Shown in pieces: positions 12,475 to 50,831 of a DNA stretch of 64,000 nucleotides. This stretch comes from Heterodontus francisci (Eukaryota). The stretch's first letter is position 1, and every line of letters starts with the position of its first letter. The stretch lies in contig NC_090407.1 in NCBI RefSeq assembly GCF_036365525.1, forward strand, positions 21,914,084 through 21,978,083, read 5' to 3'. The notes under the pieces are model-generated. The model did no database searches, was not told the origin of the DNA, and worked only from the letters and a program-made list of their open reading frames with translations. The translations under genes and the position numbers were made by a program.

Positions 12475-13190
12475 AAGGGTCTTTCGACAGCATCTTCCAA
12501 ACCCATGACCTCTACCACCTAGAAGGACAAAGGCAGAAGATGCATGGGAACACCATCACCTGCAAGATCCCCTCCAAGCCACACACCATCCTGATTTGGA
12601 ACTATATCACCATTCCTATATCGAAGGAATGGCGATATAGTTCCAAGTCAGGATGGTGTGTGGCTTGGAGGGTAGCTTGCAGGTGATGGTGTTCCCATGC
12701 ATCTTCTGCCTTTGTCCTTCTAGGTGGTAGAGGTCATGGGTTTTGGAAGGTGCTGTCTATGGAGCCTTGGTGCGTTGCTGCAGTGCATGCCACTGTGTGT
12801 CAGGGGTGGAGGGTTGTGGATGGGTTGCCAATCAAGCAGGCTGCTTTGTCCCGAATGGTGTCGAGCTTCAAATGTTGTTGGAGCTGCACACATCCAGGCA
12901 AGTGCAAAGTATTCCATCGCATGCCTGACTTGTTCCTTATAGGTGGCAGAGAGGCTTTGGGAGTTCAGGAGGTGAGTTATTCACCACAGAATGCCCAGCC
13001 TCTGATCTGCTCTCATAGTCACAGCATATGTGTGACTAGTCCAGTTGAGTTTCTGTTGATGGTGCAGGATTTGATGATAGTACAGCATTTGATGATAGTG
13101 ATGCCATTGAATGTCAAGGGGACTAGGTTAGACTCTTTCTTGTTGGAGATGGTCATTGCCTGGGCTTTGTGTGACTCAAATGCTTGCATG
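12475..13190. mobile_element. Family A LINE fragments forming a fold-back
   Basis: Plus piece about 12475-12617 followed by minus piece 12625-13190. Confidence 0.85.
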
Positions 13191-14350
13191 CTGGTGAACG
13201 GAGACTAGTGAGAAGGGAGCAAGGCAGTGAGCAGAGATTGGGGAGAAGAGTCGAGCAGCGTGGTCCCTTTATGCTTGGTGATTGACGGGTCCGAGGTGAT
13301 TGGAGTCTAGCTTTCCCTTCGAGAATGTGAAGCTCCCTTAGCTATGTCCCAGTTTACTGGTGACCAAAGATGTCAATTATCATAACTGCCCAGTTAGAGT
13401 GGTTTAAATTAGCTCAAACATGAAAGTTGAAACAGAAAGACAGAGGGAAACCATTGCTGGGATCTTCCTACCAACAGCTGGTGTTGAATATGGAATAAAC
13501 AGAAATTACACTGAAATAAATCAAGTTGTCCACTTTCAAAAATGCCTTTCCAAGTTACAGCCAGTGATCACTGTAATTCCAGTACAGTAATTCCTCGAGT
13601 GGCTCAGTGTGATGCAGCAGCTCCTCTCTCTCATTCATTGTATGGCAGGTTACTCCTCAGTCCCGATCACTGCGATTGAGAGTGACCAATAATTCAACTT
13701 GCACATAACACTGTACCAGCAAAAAACACAGAAACTGTTTAATCCTAAAAAAAATTATTTTCACACTACATGAATAAAAGGATTAGAGACTCCACATGCT
13801 CTCGACTCTTCCTTTCCATCTGTTTTCCCTCTGTATATCTTCCTGTCAAGAACCTTCTATCTCTGACCAGACTTTATGGGATCTCTATAAACACAAACAC
13901 AGAGACTGTCCAATGTGCAAATGTCAGCAAACAGTTTGTGCTATCTGCTGCGGCCACATGACCCCACAGAGCTGGAAGCGAGATGCATGGCTTATCAAAA
14001 TATGTTGCTTATGTTTGTCAACCCTACTCTGGATCTGGGCTAGGACACTATGCTTTGTGAATGCTAACTAGAACACAGTAGGAAATGAAAAATAACCTAA
14101 ATAAACACAAAGTGCTGAAAACTGGCCACAGGAGTTGGGAAGGGAGGGTCTTTAATACTAATGTCCCTCAGAGACTTGGCCTTGTTCTTACAAATCCTGA
14201 GTAACCCTAGTCTGTCACATTCCCTCAGTGAATCCGCTTTACTCCCCTAAACATATCGGTTCTCTGGAGGGGCCACAATTCCCCTGGCTCTTCCCAACAC
14301 CTATTTACTGCAGTTCCAGTAGTGCTAATACTGTTCAGTCAGGCTGTGCG

Positions 14351-14356
14351 TTTATT
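14351..14356 (-). terminator. Candidate plod1 polyadenylation signal
   Basis: AATAAA on the minus strand about 1.35 kb past the stop; no transcript evidence. Confidence 0.35.
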
Positions 14357-15708
14357 TCATGAATACTGGAGCTGAAAGCACAACAGAGAGCCACTGTTTG
14401 CATTTCTGTAGGACATGGGGAGTCCAACTATTTTTGACACATAACACCCGTTCTCAGAAAAGGTATTGGCTTTTATGATGGAAGATGTTGGGAATAAAAC
14501 TCCAAAAGGGGCAGTGACAGTTTGAGTCTCTGATTACAATAAAAACGCCACAAAGGCTTGAGATCCACTGACAAAAACAAACTGAAATGTGGGGCAGGTT
14601 ATGTGAAATGCTCAATGTATTCTCAAACTGTGTTAATGCTGAGCGACTGTTTGCAGGTTTGTTCTACAACCAGTCAAAACCAATAACTTCTAGTGAGGGA
14701 TAGCAAGCAGGGGTATGAAAGCTCAGAAACAGCAGGAACCACTCAGCCAACTCCTGCCATTTCTCCACATCCTTTCTAACCTTCATTTCCCAAGTAACTC
14801 TCTCTTTTAAAGCTTTTGCATTCGGGGTTCTGAGGGGCAGTGTTTCTGCATTCTCACATCCTTTGAAGAGGTCTTTCCTAAATTCCCTGATTACCAGCTT
14901 CATTCAAATTCTAAAATATCTACAACCAGTTCACTGCAGGGTGAGTATGATTCACAGCCAGGTCCCCTGTCCGTCCCTTCCTACAAAGCTCAAGGATTGA
15001 ACCTTATTGTTTGCTTTCCCACCTTTTCCTCACTTCCTCTCTGAAGGACACTGACATTTCAAGGGTTTCTGCTCCACAGGTGAGAGTGTGTCAGCAGGTA
15101 ATTATACCATCACAGCTGAACTCAACCTGTCCCAAGCCACAGTCCATGCATGCATACATCCAGTAAGATTACCCCCTACACAGAGCATAAAGACAATTGC
15201 ATTAGCTCCTCGGTCACCCTGGCTGCGATGGGCTGGCAGCATGGACTGGGGATCAAAACCCGGGACTTGAACAGAGCTGGAGCTTGATTTACACCTAAAA
15301 CTACTGCATCCAGCCAACTCGAACTGAAATGGAATTGGGTAGCCAGGTACCTCCAGCATCCACAGGTTACATAGGGTCTGATTGTTATGGGATGGGGTAG
15401 CCTTGTATCTCTAGAATCTGTGGGTTATGTATGGTCTGGTTATTTAAGAGATGGGGCAATGTTTTATCTCTAGAGCCTACAAGTTACATATGTTCTGGTT
15501 GGGATTTGGTTATTCTCGCACTAACTTCACAACTGACAACTACATAACGATCCCTTTGTACTAAGCACTTGGAGAATTCTATGAACCATTATATACAGAG
15601 CAAAAACATGGGCCATCCCTGCTGCAATATTCTGAGGAAGGTCAGATTGTGGTGTAGCAAACAGTCTAACAGCGTTCGCTGCATGCACTCAGATGCTAAG
15701 CATTTTAA

Positions 15709-42827
<27,119 letters not shown>

Positions 42828-42929
42828 CGCAGCCTCCGCCTTTGTGTCTGCATTCACTCACTCACTTTCTTCCCGCTCGACTTTCCTTGTCAGAGCTTAA
42901 ACTGGGCCCAGAGATGCGGCATCATCATC

Positions 42930-43020
42930 TTCGATAGGACAGCACGTCACTTTAAACAGGCCGGCCCCTCTTCCTGGGCTAATTCCGCAATAGCCCCCGA
43001 CTCACGTACACACAGAAACT
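42930..43020 (-). promoter_or_regulatory. Probable plod1 proximal promoter
   Basis: GTGACGTGCT (42941-42950), TTTAAA and TACGTG (about 43003-43008) lie 100-180 nt upstream of the ATG; local CpG enrichment. Confidence 0.5.
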
Positions 43021-43186
43021 GCAGACAGACTGAACCAACACTATGCATACATATAGAAAAAGCTATCTAATTAATCAGAATCCCCTGCTCAGCCAGTATT
43101 ACTGCTCCCCAACACTGTCCAGTGACCCCTGGATTCGAGAGGGGAAAATCAGCCAGGTTTCCTGCTCCTGATCACTGTGACCCTTG

Positions 43187-43975
43187 GTTTTTTTTAATTT
43201 CCAAAATATACTTTATTCATAAAAATCTGTAAAAATTACATTCCCAAACAGTTTAAAACAGCATCAAGTCAAAAAATACAAACAGTGCAAAGGTGATCAG
43301 TTTCCTTCAATACAATCATGAGTTGCCTCACAACTCTTCCATTTCATTGTCATGCCATTAACATTTTTACATTTACAGCACACAATATTTTCCCGATACA
43401 GTTCGAGGGGTTTCCCATGGATCCAGCTCCTCAGTTCAGCTTGGTGGGGGACCTGACACAGTGGTCTTTCCCCATTGAGCCTTTGCTGCGGCTTCCCCAA
43501 GCTTTAGTGCGTCCCTCAGCACATAGTCCTGGACCTTGGAATGTGCCAGTCTGCAACATTCGGTGGTGGACAACTCTTTGCACTGGAAGACCAGCAAGTT
43601 TCGGGCAGACCAAAGGGCGTCTTTCACCGAATTGATAGTCCTCCAGCAGCAGTTGATGTTTGTCTCGGTGTGCGTCCCTGGGAACAGCCTGTAGAGCACA
43701 GACTCCTGTGTTACAGAGCTGCTTGGGATGAACCTCGACATAAACCACTGCATCTCTTTCCACACCTGCTTTGCAAAGACACATTCCAGGAGGAGGTGGG
43801 CAACCGTCTCTTCCCCACCACAGCCACCGCGGGGGCATTGTGCGAAGGGGGCGAGACTTCGGGCGTGCATGTAGGATCTGATGGGGAGGGCCCTTCTCAC
43901 CACCAGCCAAGCTACATCTTGGTGCTTGTTTGAAAATTCTGGTGATGAGGTATTCCGCCAAATGACTTTGACGGT
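43187..43975 (-). mobile_element. Tx1-clade LINE, 5'-truncated 3' fragment
   Basis: CPRGGCGGEETVAHLLLEC zinc finger, stop, AATAAA, poly(A). Confidence 0.9.
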
Positions 43976-45265
43976 CTGCGATTGCAGGGGAAGGTGCCAT
44001 GGGAAGGGGACGAGGTGTTGGGGGTAATGGAGGAATGGACCAGGGTGTCATGGAGGGAACGATCCCTTCGGAATGCTGACAGGGGAAGGGAGGGGAAGAT
44101 GCGTTTGGTAGTGGCATCATGCTGGAGGTGGCGGAAATGGTGGAGGATGATCCTTTGGATATGGAGGCTAATGGGGTGGAAAGTGAGGACAAGGGGAACC
44201 CTGTCACGGTTCTGGGAGGGAGGGGAATGGGTGAGGGTAGAGGTGCGGGAAATGGGCTGGATGCGGTTGAGGGCCCTGTCCACCACAGTGGGGGGGAATC
44301 CTCGGTTGAGGGAACAGGAAGACATATCAGAAGCGCTGTCATGGAAGGTAGCATCATCAGAGCAGATGCGTCGGAGATGGAGAAACTGGGAGTATGGAAT
44401 GGGGTCCTTACAGGATGCAGGGTGTGAAGAAGTGTAGTCGACGTAGCTGTGGGAATCGGTGGGCTTATAATGGATATTAGTAGACAGCCTATCCCCAGAG
44501 ATGGAGAGAGAGAAGTTGAGGAAGGGAAGTGTCAGACATGGACCATGTAAAGGTGAGAGAAGGGTGGAAATTAGAAGCAAAGTTGATAAAGTTTTCCAGT
44601 TCGGGGCGGGAGCAGGAAACGGCACCGATAACAGTCATCAATGTACCGGAAAAAGAGTTGGGGGAGGGCGCCTGAGTAGGACTGGAACAAGGAATGTTTG
44701 ACAAATTCCACAAAAAGACAGGCATAAACTAGGACCCATGTGGGTACCCATTGCAACACCTTTTATTTGAAGGAAGTGAGTGGTGTTGAAGAAGAAGTTG
44801 TTCAATGTGAGAACAAGTTCAGCCAAGCGGAGGAGGGTGGTGGTGGATGGGGACTGGTTGGGCCTCTGTTCAAGGAAGAAGCGGAGAGCCCTCAAACCAT
44901 CCTGGTGGGGGATGGAGGCGTAGAGAGATTGGCCGTCCATAGTGAAGAGGAGGCGGTTGGGGCCAGGAAACTGGAAATTGTCAAAATGACGTAGGGCGTC
45001 AGAAGAGTCACGGATGTAGGTGGGAAGAGACTGGACCAAGGGAGAAAAGATAGAGTCAAGATAGGAAGAAATAAGTTCAGTGGGGCAGGAGCAGGCTGAC
45101 ACAATGGGTCGGCCGGGACAGTCCTGTTTGTGGATTTTGGGAAGGAGGTAGAAGGGGCTGTCCGGGGTTGTGGGACTATGAAGTTGGAAGTTGTAGAGGG
45201 AACATCTCCAGAGGAGATGAGGTCAGTGACAGTCCTGTGGACAGCAGCTTGATGTTTGGTCGTGG
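43976..45265 (-). mobile_element. Penelope-like element RT fragment
   Basis: LAELVLTLNNFFFN..QIKGVAMGT, FFRYIDD, YKPTDSHSY.DYTSSHP..IPYSQFL..RRICS. Confidence 0.9.
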
Positions 45266-45289
45266 GCCTTCAATAGAGAAAACTGGCAG

Positions 45290-45540
45290 AAGAGCCGGTG
45301 TTAGTGTGGCTCTGACTATATTCTGCTGCTGGCCAAGGGCCGAGCTTCACTGCACCGTAACCCGGGGCCGTTCTGGATTCTCCCCTGGTTTTAATCGTAA
45401 GCCTCCCTCCGGGGGCGTGGCCAGCGTCGGGCGGGGCTAGTGCCGAGAGTGGCCTGTGCGCTCGGCTCTTTCTGGCTTCCATTCCGCCAAGGCCGATCCG
45501 AGCTGTCGCAAAGCGGAGACTTGGCGACGCTTCCAGGTAA
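45290..45540 (+). promoter_or_regulatory. CpG island with GC boxes: probable kiaa2013 promoter and non-coding first exon
   Basis: GGGGCGTGG and GGGCGGGGC (45411-45438), CpG-rich, donor CAG|gtaaat at 45536. Confidence 0.6.
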
Positions 45541-46258
45541 ATCTCACTGATGGCAGCAAATCCGGCAGACGGTAGTGTTTTATGAGGGTGACATGAGTAA
45601 AGAGAATAAAAATAAAATTAGATATCGACAGAAATAGGACTGGGTCATATAACTACTGAGAACCAGAGTTGAGAAATAGAATTCGGGTATTGGAAATACT
45701 GAGAGATGGAGAAAAGATCAAGAGAGAAATGGTGGAGAAACAGATAGAAACAAGTGAAACGTTGATGGCAACAGAGATAGAGATAAACTGAGAGGGAGCT
45801 AGAGAAAGGCAGAGAGAGGCAGAGAGAGGGAAAATACGGAGAGGAGAGCAGGGGCAGAGAGAGATTGAGAGGAGAACAGGGGGAGAGATAAGGACTTTAG
45901 ATCACAGTGAGTGTGGGTGACAGCGATCTTGTTGTCTTTTAACTACTAGTCCAGAGAAAGGATTACTTTGATTTAACTAGTTTAAAAGAGGAGAATAAAG
46001 CGGCATTAACACTGAAGGTAAAATTACAGGGTTGCCCTTGTAAGGGCATATTGAGGAGAAGGGGTACAATTAAAATCTTAGATAGGACACAAAAGATAGC
46101 TGTGTTGATGCATTTTTCTCCTGTGCTGTTGCCCTCTTTGGAGAGCTGACAGAAAGGGAAGTCTTACACGGAAGCGGAGAGACACTGCAGAACCAGTTGA
46201 CAGTTTTGATTAGAAGCTGGAAGAGAAAGGACGAAGGGAAGGAGCCAGTAGTCAGAGG

Positions 46259-47228
46259 ATGTGGCTGCAACAACGTTTGAAAGGGTTACCGATGCTGCTG
46301 TCCAGCAGTTGGGCCAGGAGAATATTGGCAGGCCTGGGCATCCTGCTGATCTTTTACTGGTACCTGGCATCAGAAGGTGGGTTCAGGTTGTTTCCTGGCC
46401 CTGAGGATCCCAGAACAGTGACAGACAGTTGCCTTCAGATAGAAACCCAACGATGGAAGTCAACCGTAGACAACAGCAATGGCCTGATGAGTCAGATTGG
46501 TGGAGAAAGCCCAGGACAGTTATCTGGCCCAGCTGTGGTTGGCAATGGTTATCTGGTTGTGGATACTATCTCCAATCAGCTTTGGGTGGCATCATCTCCT
46601 GCCTCGGGCCTCGCTGCCATCCACCTGACGGACTATATGCCACTGGTAGCTCTGAAATCGCTCAGTGTTCGTTCAGTATCCAGAGCTGCACTCGTCCACT
46701 TCCAGGAGGGTCTGGTTCGGTTGTTCCAGTGTATTCAGATGGGATTATCCCACAAGTCCCGAGAGTGTGTCACCCTTCGTGAGGATGTGATTGTGCATCG
46801 GAGCAGGCCCCACCTCATACTGCAGAGGATTCACATCTCCAACCCCAGTGACAGGGCCACAGTTTTTGAAGTCAACAGCAAGTCATCCATCATTGGAAAC
46901 AAATTCTCCTCCAGCCTGGAGAAGCACAATGACCAAGAGTTTCTCCTCTTATCGGGGAGAGTGCTGACAGAGAAAAAGGAGACCATTCTAATGGTGGTGG
47001 CCACAGAGAAAATGGCCCCCAGGCTGCAGTTGGCGGCAAAGTCTGAATTCACTGAACACGTGGTGTCAGTGGTTTATACCCTCGAGTTAGTGGATTTAAC
47101 AAAGTTGGAAGAATCGTTCAGTAAGCTGAGGGATGCGGCAAAAGCAGAAATGTTTGAACTGCTGAGGATGGGAGCAGAAGAACTGTACCGTGAACATCAG
47201 AAGGTGTGGGGCGATTTAATAATCTCAG
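46259..47228 (+). CDS. kiaa2013: kiaa2013 first coding exon (970 nt)
   Basis: Long ORF from ATG 46259; donor TCAG|gtaagc. Confidence 0.94.
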
Positions 47229-50200
47229 GTAAGCTTTTATGGACAAGATTGGGCTTCACTGTGACACTTCCAGTCGTTCAATAACCTGATGACACGTGCT
47301 GCTGAGTCTTGTGCAGAACAGCCATTGTGGCCCTAGAAAAGACACAAAGTGCTCGTGAGAAAACAGCCAGAAGCCCTTGTGTTAACCTGCATTGTGACCT
47401 GAGACACCAGTTCTCCTCTTCCTGTAATCTAATTTATATTTATTTTCTGCTGAAATGGGGTTCATTTAAGTATTAGAACAGAAAGGCAACCTGAAAAGTT
47501 GTCTTTTTTTCCCCTTTCTACAGATGCTGAGTGTTCCCAGCATTTTTTGTTTTTATTTCAGATTTCTAACATCTGCAGTGTTTTGCTTTTGTTTCATCTA
47601 GCTATTGATCAGTTCATTCCAGCCTGTTTGATCCTGTGTTTCTGTTAAATGCAAGTTAGTGTTAGGTTTTCCTCAGTTCTGCTGAATATTGAATCTGCCC
47701 TTCAGCAACAGGTTGGAGTGAACTAATGACACTGATCCAGACAGCCAAACTCTTGATGATGTGACCGGTTTTGTCATGGGGGAGGAAATGATGCAGAATT
47801 TAGTGCTGTGACATTTCGTGGTGAACTGACACATGGGGACAGTAAAATCAACCAAGGACATGGCTGGTGCCGAGCCTCAGTACTAGTCAGGGAACTTGCT
47901 TCTGAAACTCTTGTTACTTGTAGCCTAGATAAATGAGAACCAGTGGATGTGGTGTATTTGGATTTTAGAAGGCTTTGATAAGGTCCCACACAGGAGGTTA
48001 GTAAACAAAATTAGAGCACATTGGATTGGGGGCAATATACTGCAATGGACTGAGAATTGGTTAACAGAAAGCAGAGTTGGAATAAATGGGTCATTCTCCG
48101 GATGGCAGGCTGTTACTAGTGGGGTACCACAAGGATCAGTGCTTGGGCCACAGCTGTTTACAATTTATATAAATGACTTGGATATGGGGATCAATTGTAA
48201 TATTTCCAAATTTGCATATGACACAAAACTAGATGGGAATGTAAGTTGTGAAGAGGATGCAAGGAGGCTTCAAGGGGACTTGGACAGGCTAAGTGTATGG
48301 GCAAGAACATGGTAGATGAAATATGATGTGAATAAGTGTGAAGTGATCCACTTTGGTAGAAAAAAACAGAAGGGCAGAGTATTTCTTAAATTCTGAGAGG
48401 TTGGGAAGTGTTGATGTCCAAAGAGACCTGGTGTCCTTGTTCATGAGTCACTAAAAGCTAGTATGCAGATGCAGCAAGCAATTAAGAATGCAAATGGTGT
48501 GTTGGCCTTCATTACAAGGGCATTTGAGTGCAGGAGTAAAGATGTATTGCTTCAATTGTATAAAGCATTGGTGAGACCGGACCTGGAGTATTGTGTACGG
48601 TTTTGCTCCTGATCTAAGGAAGGATATTGCTGCCATAGAGGGAGTACAATGGAGGTTCGCCAGACTAATTCCTTGGATGGTGGGATTGTCTTGAGAGATT
48701 GCAGAAACCGGGCCTGTATCCTCTAGAGTTTCAAAGAATGAGATGTGATCTCATTGAAACTTGCCAAATTCTTGCAGAGCGTGACAGGGTAGATGTGGAT
48801 AGGATGTTTCCTCTGGCTGGTGAGTCTAGACCAGGGGACACAGAATAAGGGGCAGGCCATTTAAGATGAGGAGGAATTTCTTTACTCAGAGGGTTGTGAA
48901 TCTGTGGAATTCTGTACCCTAGAGGACTGTGGAAGCTCAATCGTTGAGCATGTTCAAGACCAAAATCGAGAGATATCTGGATACCAACGATGTCAAGGGT
49001 AATGGGGATAGTGGGGAAAAATGGCATAGAGGTAGATGATGAGCCGTAATCTATTTGAATGGCAGAGCAGGTTCAACGGGTCGAATGGCCTACTGCTCCT
49101 ATTTCCTATGATCCTATTCTTATGACTCTGAAAACAGGAGTTATCCCCACCACCCCAAGACAGTTTCAGCACCCCCCACACCTGACAGTTACCCTTTCCC
49201 TGAGGTGCTGTTGTGTGGTTTATAACTGTTCTCCTTCTTTGACCCATGGCTATTTGGTGAGAGGCTGAGTCTTTCCCCACTGAGTAAATGGCACTTGTTA
49301 GTGCATTCACTAGGTGGGGGAATTGGAGATTTGCCACCTGCTCTGTGCTGACCCAGGCTCCTGGCTGCCATGCAGGGTGTTGGGACAATTCTGCTCTTCT
49401 AAGCATGCGTGTCAGTTTCACTGTGATGCATCTGCAGTTAAATAACCCCCTACACTCGAGCACCGAGAGGGAGAGTGGGTGTGGGGAGGTGTAGTAGGGG
49501 AGAAGGGGAACTGACATGATACCCAAAGAGCTGCTCGATGTCATGCAGTGGTAGAACTCGTGTCATGGCATCTTGCCCCCTTCTCGTCCCCTTTCTCTTG
49601 CTCCCACCTTCCTCCTGCTTGTCCCTTCACTTGCTTCAGCCCTCCTCTTGCTACCACCTCCCTCTTGCTTGCCCCTCGCTCCTGACCAACTCATCCCTCC
49701 TTTCACCCCCCCCCCCCACCCTCCTGTCACAATCTCGCTCCTCCTCCTCTCACTTGCACTCCCCTCACCTGCTCTCTTCTTGCTTGCTCCTCACTCTCAC
49801 TCCCCATCTCCCCTACTTTTTCTACCCCACCCCAGTCTGGGTCATCCTGACCGGAGGCACTAGCCTCTCCTGTGGATGTCCGTGTGTAAGTTGGCTCATG
49901 TGGTATGGGGCTGGTGGGATGAGTGAAGTTTGCCTGAGGTGTCCGCTGTGAGCTGCCTCTTTCTGTTCCAGGTGTGGAGATGAAGAAAATCACAGATTCG
50001 CACACCCCTTCCAGCGTGACTGTGAACAGAACACTTTTCTATGTTCTTTCCACATCACCAGCTCCTCTCCTTGACCTGCGGAGTGGGGCTGAAGACCGTG
50101 AGAAGCTGGAGGCCAACCTGAATTATGCGGATCATTGTTTTAGTGGTCATGCCACGATGCATGCAGAGAACCTGTGGCCCGAGCAGATTTCCGATGTTGC

Positions 50201-50831
50201 TCGCTTGCTGCAGCTGTCCAACCTGTGGAGACTCACGCTGCAGAAACGAGGCTGCAAAAGCCTGGTGGCAGCTGGATCACATGGCATGCTGCAAGGGATG
50301 GTGATGAGTTTTGGGGGCCTCCAGTTTACAGAAAACCATCTACAGTTCCAGGCAGATCCCTCTGTCCTGCACAACAGCTATTTGCTGCGAGGGATTCATT
50401 ACAACAAGGATCTCATCAACCTGGCAGTGTTGCTGGACGAAGAGGCCAAGCCTTTTCTCCATGTCTCCGTTAAACCTCAGGACAAACCGGTCAAACTCTA
50501 TGGCTGTGAGGCAGGCTGCATGAATGACCCGGTGGAGCTGACCTCCGAACTTAAAGGTCACATGTTTCCCGTCATGGTAACACGGCCCATCACCCCCTTG
50601 CTCTACATCTCAACTGACCTGACTCACCTGCAGGCACTGAGGCACACGCTGCACCTGAAGGCAATCCTTGCTCATGAGGATCACATGGCTGAACAGTACC
50701 CTGGTCTCCCCTTCCTCTTCTGGTTCAGTGTGGCATCGCTCATCACCTTGTTCCACCTCTTCCTCTTCAAACTCATCTACAACGAATACTGCGGCCCGGG
50801 TGCCAAGCCCATATTCAGGAGTAAGGTATAA
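46259..50831 (+). CDS. kiaa2013: KIAA2013 homologue (DUF2152 membrane protein), 2 coding exons, 609 aa to the first stop
   Basis: Starts MWLQQRLKGLP.LLSSSWARR and ends GLPFLFWFSVASLITLFHLFLFKLIYNEYCGPGAKPIFRSK; exons 46259-47228 and 49972-50831 join in phase 1; head-to-head with plod1. Confidence 0.95.
47925..49128 (+). mobile_element. CR1 LINE 3' part in the kiaa2013 intron
   Basis: FDKVPH..VTSGVPQGSVLGP..ISKFAYDTKL; CCTATG-type tail. Confidence 0.92.
49972..50831 (+). CDS. kiaa2013: kiaa2013 second coding exon
   Basis: Acceptor ttccag|GT GTG GAG ATG; open to RSKV-stop; possible donor at 50825. Confidence 0.93.

Noticed and set aside
15360-15505. Degenerate 60-bp repeats in the plod1 3' UTR, and 30-bp repeats at 1860-1950
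   Set aside because: Ordinary decayed local duplications with no recognisable structure.
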